64,000 nt of DNA from an uncultured bacterium (GTDB lineage: Bacteria > Hinthialibacterota > Hinthialibacteria > OLB16), in the NCBI GenBank assembly GCA_964422415.1, contig CAYRBI010000008.1, positions 3,336 to 67,335 on the forward strand, in the 5' to 3' direction. Shown here piece after piece: positions 30,354-39,559 of this stretch; the stretch's first letter is position 1, and each line of letters begins with the position of its first letter. The notes under the pieces were generated by a model, which saw only the letters and a list, made by a program, of their open reading frames with translations, was not told where the DNA came from and searched no databases. The position numbers and the translations under genes were made by a program.

Positions 30354-31721
30354 ATGACAGGTCTATTGAGTGTTGAAGACATCGAGTCGGCAATCCGGGG
30401 GGGAGAGATTGATACCATCATCACCGCATTCCCTGATCACTTGGGGCGATTGATTGGAAAACGGGTGGTAGGAGATTACTTCCTCGATCATGTTATAACC
30501 CGTCCGCTACATGCCTGCGCGTATCTTCTGACGGTCGACATGGAGATGACACCCGTGCCAGGCTTTGAACTCACCAGTTGGGAGAAGGGGTATGGCGACT
30601 TCCGGATGATCCCCGACTTCTCGACCCTCCGGGTGGCTTCCTGGCTGGATAAAACTGCCATTGTGATCTGCGACTTGGAGGCTGAGGAGTCCGGGGAACC
30701 GGTCGAGGAAGCCCCACGCTCCATTCTCCGCCGTCAAGTTGAGCGTGCCGAGGAGTCTGGTTATTCCCTGTTCATGGGGACAGAGCTGGAGTTCTACCTC
30801 TATGATGATGATTACCGGACAGCTTTTGCCAAGGGCTTCCAGGATCTCTGTCCCTCCACCGATTATCTGATCGATTACCATATCCTCGGCTGTACCCAGG
30901 ATGAACCGGTGATATCGCGTATCCGCCGTCAGATGTGCGCCTCGGGTATCCCCATCGAGTTCAGTAAGGGGGAATGGGGTTGCGGGCAACATGAAATCAA
31001 TCTGCGTTATGCGGCCCCGGTTGAGATGGCGGACCGGCATGTCCTTTATAAGAACGCGGTCAAGGAGATCGCGGCCTCGCTGGGTAAATCGATCTCCTTC
31101 ATGGCTAAACCACATGCCGATGCGGCGGGGAGCAGTTGCCACATTCACACCAGCCTGACACATCGGCACAACAAGGCCAACCTCCTCTGGGATTCCAACT
31201 CTCACACTCCCTCCCAGCTCTTCCGTTACTTCGTGGGCGGATTGCTGCGTGCGGAGCGGGAACTGTGCTTGCTCTTCGCTCCCACCATCAACTCATACAA
31301 ACGTTTCAGGCATGCCTCCTTCGCCCCAACCGCCATTACCTGGGCAGTCGATAACCGCACCACCTGCTTGCGTTGTATCGGACAAGGCGAGTCCTTCCGT
31401 GTTGAGAACCGCCTACCCGGAGCGGATGCGAATCCCTATCTGGCCATGGCGGCTACCCTGGCGGCGGGATTATGGGGGATCGAGAACCAAGTGGACTGCG
31501 GCGAACCCTTTAATGGCGATGCCTACACCAACAAGTCTCTCGCACGGGTTCCCGGCACTTTGGAGGAGGCCATCGAGCAGTTCCAAAAATCTGAGATCGC
31601 TCGCTCCGCCTTCAGCCCACGCCTCATCCAGCACCTGGTGCATCATGCCCAGGTCGAACAAGAATGCTTCAACAACACGGTCACCGATTGGGAGAGAAGG
31701 AGGTATTTCGAGAGGATCTGA
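30354..31721 (+). CDS. glutamine synthetase family protein (GlnA3/PuuA-like gamma-glutamyl ligase)
   Basis: GS catalytic blocks GTELEFYL, KGEWGCGQHEIN, SSCHIHTSL, NSYKRF, ENRLPGADANPYL. Confidence 0.8.
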   Translation: MTGLLSVEDIESAIRGGEIDTIITAFPDHLGRLIGKRVVGDYFLDHVITRPLHACAYLLTVDMEMTPVPGFELTSWEKGYGDFRMIPDFSTLRVASWLDKTAIVICDLEAEESGEPVEEAPRSILRRQVERAEESGYSLFMGTELEFYLYDDDYRTAFAKGFQDLCPSTDYLIDYHILGCTQDEPVISRIRRQMCASGIPIEFSKGEWGCGQHEINLRYAAPVEMADRHVLYKNAVKEIAASLGKSISFMAKPHADAAGSSCHIHTSLTHRHNKANLLWDSNSHTPSQLFRYFVGGLLRAERELCLLFAPTINSYKRFRHASFAPTAITWAVDNRTTCLRCIGQGESFRVENRLPGADANPYLAMAATLAAGLWGIENQVDCGEPFNGDAYTNKSLARVPGTLEEAIEQFQKSEIARSAFSPRLIQHLVHHAQVEQECFNNTVTDWERRRYFERI

Positions 31722-31735
31722 GGGAGGAGAAGAGG

Positions 31736-31930
31736 ATGAAAGTGCGAGAGATTCTGGCTATTCTGAAAGACGATGGCTGGATTATCACCCGGACACGGGG
31801 GAGCCACCATATCCTGAAGCATGGAATCAAAAAGGGCATCGTAGTGGTTCCAGGCCATTTGTCAGATGAGATGGCACCCGGTACACTGAAGAGTATCTGG
31901 AACCAAGCGAGGATCGAGCAAAAGCCATGA
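31736..31930 (+). CDS. hicA: HicA mRNA-interferase toxin
   Basis: MKVREILAILKDDGWIITRTRGSHHILKH is the YcfA/HicA signature. 4-nt overlap with the downstream hicB. Confidence 0.85.
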   Translation: MKVREILAILKDDGWIITRTRGSHHILKHGIKKGIVVVPGHLSDEMAPGTLKSIWNQARIEQKP

Positions 31931-32142
31931 TAGAATATGCCGTTGTGTATGAGTGGGCCAACACCAACTACTCCGCCTATGTCCCAGATCTCCCAGGGTG
32001 CACCAGTACGGGTCAAACCCTGGAAGAGATTCAGCGGAATATCACCGAGGCCATTCAAATCTACCTCGATGAACTCAAAGTGGATGGCCTTCCCATCCCT
32101 AAGCCGACGACTCGCGCTAGTATGGTTCAGGTCGCGGCATGA
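31927..32142 (+). CDS. hicB: HicB antitoxin (UPF0150 fold)
   Basis: YSAYVPDLPGCTSTGQTLEEIQRNITEAIQIYLDEL is the HicB N-terminal domain pattern. Confidence 0.8.
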   Translation: MIEYAVVYEWANTNYSAYVPDLPGCTSTGQTLEEIQRNITEAIQIYLDELKVDGLPIPKPTTRASMVQVAA

Positions 32143-32215
32143 AGACCTTTCACCCCATGTATCATTCAGGATGGGAAAGAAAGGGTGGGAACAATGAATT
32201 GGTTGGTTTACCCGT

Positions 32216-32291
32216 GGATTCCCGCCTTCGCGGGAATGACGGAATACACGAACTCATGTGAAAATCGTCATTCCCGCGAAGGCGGGAATCC
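32216..32291. repeat. 76-bp nested palindromic element (family A), full copy
   Basis: ggattcccgccttcgcgggaatgacg (32216-32241) is the perfect reverse complement of cgtcattcccgcgaaggcgggaatcc (32266-32291), with a 24-nt spacer. Each arm is itself a hairpin. Confidence 0.85.
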
Positions 32292-32317
32292 AGTGTGGAA
32301 CAAGTTCTCAGAAATCC

Positions 32318-33481
32318 CTACCCCCCATATGCCTTCTTGAACAATGCCTTGAAGTCCGCCAGCGTGCAGGGCCTTGGGTTGGTGGGGTGGCAGCCATCCT
32401 GAAAAGCGCCCTCAGCCAGGGCCTCCAGATCACTCTCCTTCACACCCACCTCTTTGAGGGTCGCGGGGATCCCGATCTCACGGTTCAGTTCACGCACCTT
32501 CTCAATGGCCAGTTTGCTGGCTTCATCCGTCGAGAGCAGCACCGCCTTGGGATCAAACAGGGCAGCCACCCGCGCGAACTTGCCAGCGACAGTCTCGCGG
32601 TTGAACTCCATCACATAAGGCAACACTACAGCATTCGCCAGGCCATGTTGTAGACCCGAGATCGAGGAGAGTGGATGGGCCATCGAGTGCGCCGCACCGA
32701 GGTCTTTCTGGAAGGCCAGGGCCCCCATCATGGCGGCGATCATCATGTAGCCACGCGCCTCACGGTTCTGCCCATCCTTGACCGCGGTGGCGAGGTTGCG
32801 GATCACCAGCTCCATACCGCCATAGGCGATGGCCTCCGCCACGGGATGAAACACATTGGAGACATAGGATTCCAGGTTATGAGTGAAGGCATCCATGCCA
32901 GTCGCGGCGGTGAGCTTGGACGGCAGGTCAAGGGTCAGGTCCGGATCAAGCAGAGCAACAGCCGGCATCAAACGCGGATCGAAGATGCATGACTTGCTCC
33001 CGGTCTTGCGCAGGATGATGACCGCGGAACGTCCCACTTCGCTGCCGGTGCCCGCGGTGGTGGGTATTGCAATGATCGGTGCGAGTGGAGGCGCGCCAGG
33101 CGGAGCCGGGGTGTAGTCTTCCATAAGCCCATCATAGGAGACCCGTACCGCCACCGCTTTAGCCACATCAATGGCCGAACCTCCACCAAAGGCGACCAGG
33201 GCATCATGTTGCCCTTTGCGGTAGAGCGCCGCCGCCTCATCGACATTATCCTCGGTGGGGTTGGGCAAAACCTGGCCGAAGAGGCCCCATGAGACTGGGC
33301 TCTCCTCAAGCACTTCGCGCACCGATTCATAAGCGCGCGTTTGAAGCATCCCGGGGTCGGTCACCAAGAGTGGATTCGAGGCTCCGATCATCTCCAGATA
33401 ACTGGCCAGATTGTTGATTTCGCCACATCCGAAACGGACGCGGGTGGGAATGGAAAATTGGCTGGTTGGGAGTGTCATCAT
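32318..33481 (-). CDS. iron-containing (group III) alcohol dehydrogenase
   Basis: GGGSAIDVAKA nucleotide-binding motif and His-rich metal site (DAFTHNLE, AHSMAHPL, HGLANAV). Start placed at MMTLPT. Confidence 0.9.
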   Translation of the reverse strand: MMTLPTSQFSIPTRVRFGCGEINNLASYLEMIGASNPLLVTDPGMLQTRAYESVREVLEESPVSWGLFGQVLPNPTEDNVDEAAALYRKGQHDALVAFGGGSAIDVAKAVAVRVSYDGLMEDYTPAPPGAPPLAPIIAIPTTAGTGSEVGRSAVIILRKTGSKSCIFDPRLMPAVALLDPDLTLDLPSKLTAATGMDAFTHNLESYVSNVFHPVAEAIAYGGMELVIRNLATAVKDGQNREARGYMMIAAMMGALAFQKDLGAAHSMAHPLSSISGLQHGLANAVVLPYVMEFNRETVAGKFARVAALFDPKAVLLSTDEASKLAIEKVRELNREIGIPATLKEVGVKESDLEALAEGAFQDGCHPTNPRPCTLADFKALFKKAYGG

Positions 33482-33601
33482 GGGGCATAAGATGCAAGAA
33501 GGGGCAGGAAATCGCAAGGGGGATGTTGGCGGCGGAGGCTAGTGGATTGGTGGTCTTTATAGTCTGCCTTATCGTGAAGATCTGCTCATTTGGCCGGCAT
33601 C

Positions 33602-34699
33602 TTATCGCTTGGAATTCGTGGTCAGCACCCCAGTTTTCAGCGCCTTCACTGGTTTTTCCGCCAAGACAGTGCTGCCGGAGATATTGGGATGTAGGGGGCC
33701 GCTGTACCAGCCGGTGGTGTCGACGTAATACACATTGGAATCTCCAGCCGCGTTAAGGTCCGATACAACGGCTTTGATACTGGATTCCTGCGCGCCACAG
33801 AAGGGACGTAAAGCCACAATCTTTGCCTTGGGGTAGGCTGTGCGAATCATGGCCAGATACCGGGCATAAAGTGACTGATATTCAATGGCCGCCATGTCTC
33901 CTTCGTTGGTCCCCTGGTTCACGACCACCACATCCGGCTGCCAAGTGTCGCGCAGGCAATCCGCATAGAAGAAGTTAAAGGAGTCCAGCGCCCCCGGAAC
34001 ACCACCACTGCCAGCACGTATCAGACCCGTCGCGCCGAACCCCACCTGCCGCCATTCCGCCCCTAACATCAAGGCTGTCTGGCCCGCATAAGACGAACGC
34101 GCATCAGCAAGCCAGGGCCAAGTGAATGGAATGCCTTCGACCACTCCAGCACGTCCTTCATTAACCACCACCCCTTCAGTGATGCTGTCACCGAGGAATT
34201 CGATGCTCAAGGTGGGCTTCCTCCATTGGGGAAGCGGCTCCTCCAACTTTCCGCCCTCCGCCAAACCAAAACCGGTGAAGGTGACACTGGCCACCAGAGG
34301 CGGTGTCCAGCGGCTCTGGTGTTCATCCAGGCCACGCACCATCAACATCACGGTATGCTGGCCTTGAGATAACCCTTCCGCCAGCTTCACGCTCGGAGCT
34401 ATTTCCGCCTCCTGCCATCCGCTCTCATCAATCCGCCAGGCGATGGTTGGATACGAACCTTGAGAGGTGCATTCGCAATGCGGCTGATTGAGGGAGATAT
34501 CGAATGATGCGTTGAGACTGGCGCCGGAGAAACGTGCCCGGACATAACTGCCGCTGTTGACGGTCACAGCACGATTGGCGGAACGCAGGTCCCAGCGTCC
34601 AAAGAAACAGTACTCATCCGGCCATGGCGTGGCCGCACACAATGTTGTTGAGATCAACAGCAACAAGGAAGAAAACATAAAACGAGCCAGGCGGTACAT
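33602..34699 (-). CDS. secreted SGNH hydrolase with an N-terminal beta-sandwich (carbohydrate esterase CE2-like layout)
   Basis: AAGGAG RBS and signal peptide (MYRLARFMFSSLLLLISTTLCAA). IEFLGDSITEG (block I), VVVNQGTNE (block III), GPLHPN (block V region). Confidence 0.7.
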   Translation of the reverse strand: MYRLARFMFSSLLLLISTTLCAATPWPDEYCFFGRWDLRSANRAVTVNSGSYVRARFSGASLNASFDISLNQPHCECTSQGSYPTIAWRIDESGWQEAEIAPSVKLAEGLSQGQHTVMLMVRGLDEHQSRWTPPLVASVTFTGFGLAEGGKLEEPLPQWRKPTLSIEFLGDSITEGVVVNEGRAGVVEGIPFTWPWLADARSSYAGQTALMLGAEWRQVGFGATGLIRAGSGGVPGALDSFNFFYADCLRDTWQPDVVVVNQGTNEGDMAAIEYQSLYARYLAMIRTAYPKAKIVALRPFCGAQESSIKAVVSDLNAAGDSNVYYVDTTGWYSGPLHPNISGSTVLAEKPVKALKTGVLTTNSKR

Positions 34700-34824
34700 C
34701 CACAACTCCTTTTCGGTTGGCGAAATGGGAAAAATCAGTTTCACCCTAGCAATTGGGACAGGAATCCCTACTTGTACCCACGGCAGGGAAAGGATTCCTT
34801 CCCCCCTTCATGGACACCTGAACT

Positions 34825-35253
34825 TCACTTTCTTCGTGATTCTTTCTCCGGCTGGAATCCAATCGGCCGCCGTGGAGGATTGGGAGGGGCCATCAGCCGG
34901 CGTAACCGGACAAAGGCACGCATGACCTGGATGTTGACCCGGATGGCACGCTCGCTGTTAAGGACGCTGGAGAGCATCGCCACCCCTTGTTCAGTGAAGA
35001 CGAAGGGTAGATAGCGCCGTCCACCCCGGTTTGAGGTCACAATTTGTGACCTCAAACTCAGCCACTCTTCAACGCTCAACTGAAACATGAAGTCCTCCGG
35101 AAATCGATGGAGGTTCCGATGGACTGCTTGGTTAAAGACTTTGGTTGAGACCTCATATAAATCTGCGAGATCTCGATCCAGCATCACCTTCTGCCCCCGG
35201 ATGAGGAAGATGGCCTGTTCAATACGTTCGGCGGGAATAGTAAGGTGAGACAT
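34825..35253 (-). CDS. ORF6N (KilA-N-related) DNA-binding domain protein
   Basis: [45 protein letters not shown] ... [19 protein letters not shown] matches the ORF6N family pattern as I recall it. Confidence 0.75.
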   Translation of the reverse strand: MSHLTIPAERIEQAIFLIRGQKVMLDRDLADLYEVSTKVFNQAVHRNLHRFPEDFMFQLSVEEWLSLRSQIVTSNRGGRRYLPFVFTEQGVAMLSSVLNSERAIRVNIQVMRAFVRLRRLMAPPNPPRRPIGFQPEKESRRK

Positions 35254-35299
35254 GGAAGGCCACGGATTGGGATATCCTAGAGTCTTCCTTCATCTATGG

Positions 35300-35512
35300 T
35301 TACGCCAGCATCAACCGGCGTCCCTTGGGCTCAGGAATCGGATCTCCAAACTCGTCGGCGGTCTTGAGCCAAAGATGGATAGCCTCACGGATATTACTGA
35401 GCGCTACTTCTTGGCTCTCTCCATGCGCCATACACCCCAGTAACTCAGGAGCTTCCGCCACATAGACTCCATCCTCAGCACTCCAGTATATAATGAGTTC
35501 ATATTTGTCCAT
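35300..35512 (-). CDS. hicB: HicB-like antitoxin (second pair)
   Basis: MDKYELIIYWSAEDGVYVAEAPELLGCMAHGESQEVALSNIREAIHLWL. Overlaps the upstream hicA-like ORF by 14 nt. Confidence 0.7.
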   Translation of the reverse strand: MDKYELIIYWSAEDGVYVAEAPELLGCMAHGESQEVALSNIREAIHLWLKTADEFGDPIPEPKGRRLMLA

Positions 35513-35765
35513 TGGCGTCCTCATGAAGTTTATAGTGGAGGATGATCTGACGAACTTGTTTGACCTGATATGGCTTTGCTGTGTTCCCATCCTTTTGGAG
35601 GTTTATCTTTTCTACAATGCCTTCTCTCCGGAAAAGATGATGGCTTCCTTCTATCCTGACCTCAAAACCCAGATGCAGCAAGAGCCGGCACAAGTCATCA
35701 AAGCCAATGTTCCTGTCTGATTGGCCAGTAAGTATCCTCTCAAGCAAATGCCGTACCTTGGTCAT
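35499..35765 (-). CDS. hicA: HicA-family toxin (second pair)
   Basis: LLLHLGFEVRIEGSHHLFRREG ... AKPYQVKQVRQIIL is a HicA-variant pattern. Start placed at MTKV (35765). Confidence 0.6.
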   Translation of the reverse strand: MTKVRHLLERILTGQSDRNIGFDDLCRLLLHLGFEVRIEGSHHLFRREGIVEKINLQKDGNTAKPYQVKQVRQIILHYKLHEDANGQI

Positions 35766-35831
35766 AGCAGTGGCATGATCAAAAGACAAAGGGGACTGAC
35801 CCACGATACCAGTAGGTGAACTCCCAACCGT

Positions 35832-36884
35832 TCACGCCCCCATGAACGCCTCCACCTTGGCCTGGATAGTCTTCCGGCTCTCATCGACACTGAGCACATC
35901 ACACTCCGAACCGAGGATGAAGGGATGCCCGACCTTCTTCATCTCCTCGATGAGTTGCTGCGCCTGGGCACGGACTCCATCCACCGTGGTCATCTCATCG
36001 GAGTAGAAATGTTTCGAGGGGAGGTTGCCATAGAGTACAGTCTGCTTGGGAACCAGGGGTGCATCCTCCCATAACTTGCGCGAGCTCCCCAGGCTGAGGA
36101 CCGCGGGATCCAGGCTACAGAAGGCGCGGATCATATCGGGCACTACCTCTCCGCAGCAATGGAAAAAGAGTTCAGCCCCGGAAGCAAGCAACTCCGCCTT
36201 GATCCGCTCATGGAATCGCAGCACATAGCGCTCGAAGATGTCAGATCCCTTCTGAAGCAGATTCGGTGAGATGTAGACCTGGTTGGCGGCTGGTTCGGCA
36301 ATAAGCACCGCTTTAGCCCCCGCCGCAAGCTGCGCATGGACATAAGCCACGATGGTATCGCTCGCAACTTCGAGCAACGACTCGACCAGACGCACTCCCT
36401 CATCATCCTCCGCGCTGACTCCAGTTCCCGCCATGTAGACTGGCGTGATCGGATCGGAAAGCAGTTTGGTCATGAGCGAGAAAGGGCCGATCGCCATCCC
36501 CATTGGAAGAAGCGAGGTACTCTTGGCGATGTATCGTACCGCCTCAGTGCTCGCTTTCATTCGAGGGATTGGAAGTTGTTTCGCTCCTTGACGGACTTGT
36601 GCGAGGACTTGCGCGCTAGGGCATTCCTCGAAGTGGAAGGTGGGTATAGCGGAAGGCGCCACCCCCAAGAGGGTCAGAATTGCTTCCTTCTCTACAGTGA
36701 GATCCATAAGTGGGATCGCCAGGGGTGTGTGGAAAGTGACCGCAGTCTCCTCCACAACCTTCCCCAGGGCGGTTCCATCCTGGAGGATTTCCTGAGTATT
36801 CGCATGGCCATGCAACACTAAATCGGTACCGATGGGTAAACGATGGCCTTGGGCGGCCAGTTCCAGAAAGATGTCACGACTCAT
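35832..36884 (-). CDS. uroporphyrinogen-decarboxylase (URO-D) family protein
   Basis: 350-aa TIM-barrel-like protein with URO-D/MtaA-like blocks (AKAVLIAEPAAN, LFFHCCGEV). Assignment is by recollection of the family pattern only. Confidence 0.5.
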   Translation of the reverse strand: MSRDIFLELAAQGHRLPIGTDLVLHGHANTQEILQDGTALGKVVEETAVTFHTPLAIPLMDLTVEKEAILTLLGVAPSAIPTFHFEECPSAQVLAQVRQGAKQLPIPRMKASTEAVRYIAKSTSLLPMGMAIGPFSLMTKLLSDPITPVYMAGTGVSAEDDEGVRLVESLLEVASDTIVAYVHAQLAAGAKAVLIAEPAANQVYISPNLLQKGSDIFERYVLRFHERIKAELLASGAELFFHCCGEVVPDMIRAFCSLDPAVLSLGSSRKLWEDAPLVPKQTVLYGNLPSKHFYSDEMTTVDGVRAQAQQLIEEMKKVGHPFILGSECDVLSVDESRKTIQAKVEAFMGA

Positions 36885-36890
36885 ATTGAC

Positions 36891-38951
36891 TTACGGTTTA
36901 CCGTCTCCTTTTACGAGGTTCTGGGCCTTCTCGATCCGGCCCTTCATGGTTTCATCGGTCAAGCCCGTGATGGTGAGTGGATGATCTCCACCCAACAGAA
37001 TCGAGGTGACAAAGTCACCCACACGGCGCAGGTTGGGGATATACAGATTATCAGTGAAGGCCTTGTCATCAGTAAAATCGAGACCGCTCAGATCCGCCTC
37101 ACACCCCGCCGTGTTCTCCGCCAGACCATGCGCGAGCAGCGTCCAACCACCGGCGCCAGCAAGCCCGGTCATTTGGCCGGGCTTCTGAGTGGTCTTCTTC
37201 ACGTAGGCCAACGCCAGCAGGATATCTTGCACACGGCATTGGGTATCGGTGAGGTTGTATGCTGGGAAATAGACGCCATCCTTATCCTCTACGGCTTTCA
37301 CGCGCGCGGTCCAAGAGGCATCCTGGATGTACTCGCCCGAACCGAGGCAATCGATCGCCAGCACCGGCATTCCCTTGTCGAGATGAGCACGGACCTGCTC
37401 GACCGGCTTCCCTTCCCCATCCACAAAGGCTGACTTGCCCTGAGGCGAAACCAGCAAGACAGCCCCCACAACGCGCTTGGCATCCATACGCGAGGGAATC
37501 CACAGGTTGGCGGGAACAGCCTGTCCGGTCTTCTCGTTCTTCAGCAAGAACTTTTCAAGAGAGATCTTGTCCACTTTAGCTTTCTGGGGTTTGGAGGTCG
37601 TGACCTCTTCTGGATTGGGTTCTTGAATCGCCATGGTGATCCGGAATGCTGTGCCGAGAACCTCGATGGCAGCCTGATGGTAGTGTTCGAGGTAATCCCA
37701 GATCTGTTTTTCACGGATCTCACGCATGTTGGCGAAGAGGTTCTCGGGCTTGAGCACATCGGCGGGGATGGGGTGATGAGTAAAGACCGCCAAATCCGGG
37801 GTGGCATCCACCACAAAAGGCTTCTCCGTGAAATCGGTAATGGGGCAATCTTTCATCAACCACTTGCCAAACCAGGCATAGACCGCCTCACGGGACTCCT
37901 TGTTGTAGTTGTGCTCGGCATCCACCAGGTGGTAGTCCACCTTGTCTGGTGAGTTGTAGAGCTCATAGATCGACTTAATCGCGGGAAACTCGACCTGTGG
38001 GGTATTCTTAGTCCAGTCACCGGTGGCGCACACCATCATGAGAGGACGCGGAGCCATGGTGGCGCCGATGTCCATGTTATTGAAGTTGAGACGTAGGCCG
38101 GGCAGGTTCTCACATTTACAGCCGCCCTGCATGTGTGCCGAGATCATGTTGACTGGGGCCGCCACACGAATCCGGTCCTCGACCGCATACAGCAGGAAGG
38201 TCTGTGTACCACCGCCTGAGGCCCCGGTGCATCCGATCCGGTGGGGTATCACATCGGGGAGGCTCCTCATGAACTCAAAAGCACGCAGACTGGTGTAGAG
38301 TTGGAATCCCGCTGGGCTAATCCCCCATAAGGCCTCACGCTTGCCACCGAAGTTGTGATCGATCAGGGCCTTGTTGTCCGCATAGCCCACCATGTCATAG
38401 GAGAAACACACATACCCCTGACGCGCGAAGGAGATAGCGCGTCCCGGCACCGAGCCGCGCTCAGTATCTGTAAAGCGACCATTCTCCCAATGACCATGCG
38501 GGCAGAGGACACCTGGATATTGCTTCAGGTTGCTCGGGTCTTGTTGCTTGGGACGATATAAATTCCCAGTGGCGTAATACCCGGGGAAGGTGGGCAGGAG
38601 CACCTTTTCGACCGTGTAGTCCTCATGCTCCTTGCGTTCGAAGACCTCCGTTTGGGCCGTAGAGGGTTCTGGCATGGGCCACAACCCAGCATCGATCAGC
38701 ACGGCTCTGCGGATGGCTTCCTTCTTCAGTTTCCAGGCCTCGAGTGAAGCGGGCTTCTCGAACTCCCAGGGGGTGTTGTAGGTCTTGAGGTCGGTCACCC
38801 GTGTGTCTCCGAGCCTCTCCCCGGCCTTGAGGACTTGAGTGGCACTCTCCTGTTTGGACATGGCCTTGCTCCCCCATGCGCTGTTACTTATTTCCACTCC
38901 TCCCATCACAACTGCACTAATGATTACCAAAGTCATCCACATACGTGTCAT
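36891..38951 (-). CDS. secreted alpha/beta hydrolase (acetyl-xylan-esterase-like N-terminal half, extra C-terminal domain)
   Basis: AAGGAG RBS plus signal/TM (MTRMWMTLVIISAVVMGG). AXE1-like region with nucleophile elbow GCTGASGGG. Confidence 0.7.
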   Translation of the reverse strand: MTRMWMTLVIISAVVMGGVEISNSAWGSKAMSKQESATQVLKAGERLGDTRVTDLKTYNTPWEFEKPASLEAWKLKKEAIRRAVLIDAGLWPMPEPSTAQTEVFERKEHEDYTVEKVLLPTFPGYYATGNLYRPKQQDPSNLKQYPGVLCPHGHWENGRFTDTERGSVPGRAISFARQGYVCFSYDMVGYADNKALIDHNFGGKREALWGISPAGFQLYTSLRAFEFMRSLPDVIPHRIGCTGASGGGTQTFLLYAVEDRIRVAAPVNMISAHMQGGCKCENLPGLRLNFNNMDIGATMAPRPLMMVCATGDWTKNTPQVEFPAIKSIYELYNSPDKVDYHLVDAEHNYNKESREAVYAWFGKWLMKDCPITDFTEKPFVVDATPDLAVFTHHPIPADVLKPENLFANMREIREKQIWDYLEHYHQAAIEVLGTAFRITMAIQEPNPEEVTTSKPQKAKVDKISLEKFLLKNEKTGQAVPANLWIPSRMDAKRVVGAVLLVSPQGKSAFVDGEGKPVEQVRAHLDKGMPVLAIDCLGSGEYIQDASWTARVKAVEDKDGVYFPAYNLTDTQCRVQDILLALAYVKKTTQKPGQMTGLAGAGGWTLLAHGLAENTAGCEADLSGLDFTDDKAFTDNLYIPNLRRVGDFVTSILLGGDHPLTITGLTDETMKGRIEKAQNLVKGDGKP

Positions 38952-39051
38952 GGGAACTTCTCCTTGGCGTGAGTAACGAGGGGATTCTAGGCACATTTGG
39001 ACGGGAGAAAGAAGGTGAGGGGGAATGTATGACGGGTCAGCTCATATGAGC

Positions 39052-39279
39052 TCACCTGTCCCACTCCCTCCGGATCTGGTTCTGGTATTCAAGGCCATCC
39101 ATTGAATGACTGCTCCAACACCCGAAACCGGGGAGGTCATCGAGGCTCTCTTGTCTATGTCTTTGGAGATACTCCTTCACAACGTTGCGGATGAGCTCAC
39201 TCCGGCTCATGCCAAGTCTACCGCTTAACTCATCCAAAGCCTCCATCTGGTCCTGTGGGAAATCAACTGTCACCCGCAT
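39052..39279 (-). CDS. ribbon-helix-helix (CopG/VapB-like) protein with no adjacent toxin gene
   Basis: MRVTVDFPQDQMEALDELSGRLGMSRSELIRNVVKEYL is an RHH motif. The C-terminus (DGLEYQNQIRREW) is typical of VapB-like antitoxins. Confidence 0.75.
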   Translation of the reverse strand: MRVTVDFPQDQMEALDELSGRLGMSRSELIRNVVKEYLQRHRQESLDDLPGFGCWSSHSMDGLEYQNQIRREWDR

Positions 39280-39559
39280 GTCTTCATTCTCACTCTGGAT
39301 TCATTTCCTCCAGGAAGTTTATCTGTTCTTCCCTCCACACCAAGTACGAGTACTATCTTGCTATGATACCTGTCCACCCTCGATCCTCAAAGGAGTGATT
39401 CGATGGCTCTCCGCATTTCCCGCCGTGGCCTCAAAAGGTTGCTCCTCGGTTTGGTTTCGCTGCTGATCCTGGCCTTGTTGGCACAGAAGGTGATCCACAG
39501 GGATGGTATTCATTCCCCGGTGTGGCAGTTCGTGGCGTAGGAGTTCCACATCCACAGTT

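Noticed and set aside
32258-32653. 131-aa plus-strand ORF beginning MKIVIPAKAGIQ.
   Set aside because: Its start is simply the translated palindromic repeat, and the rest is antisense to the well-supported Fe-ADH gene. It is a classic repeat-seeded spurious ORF.
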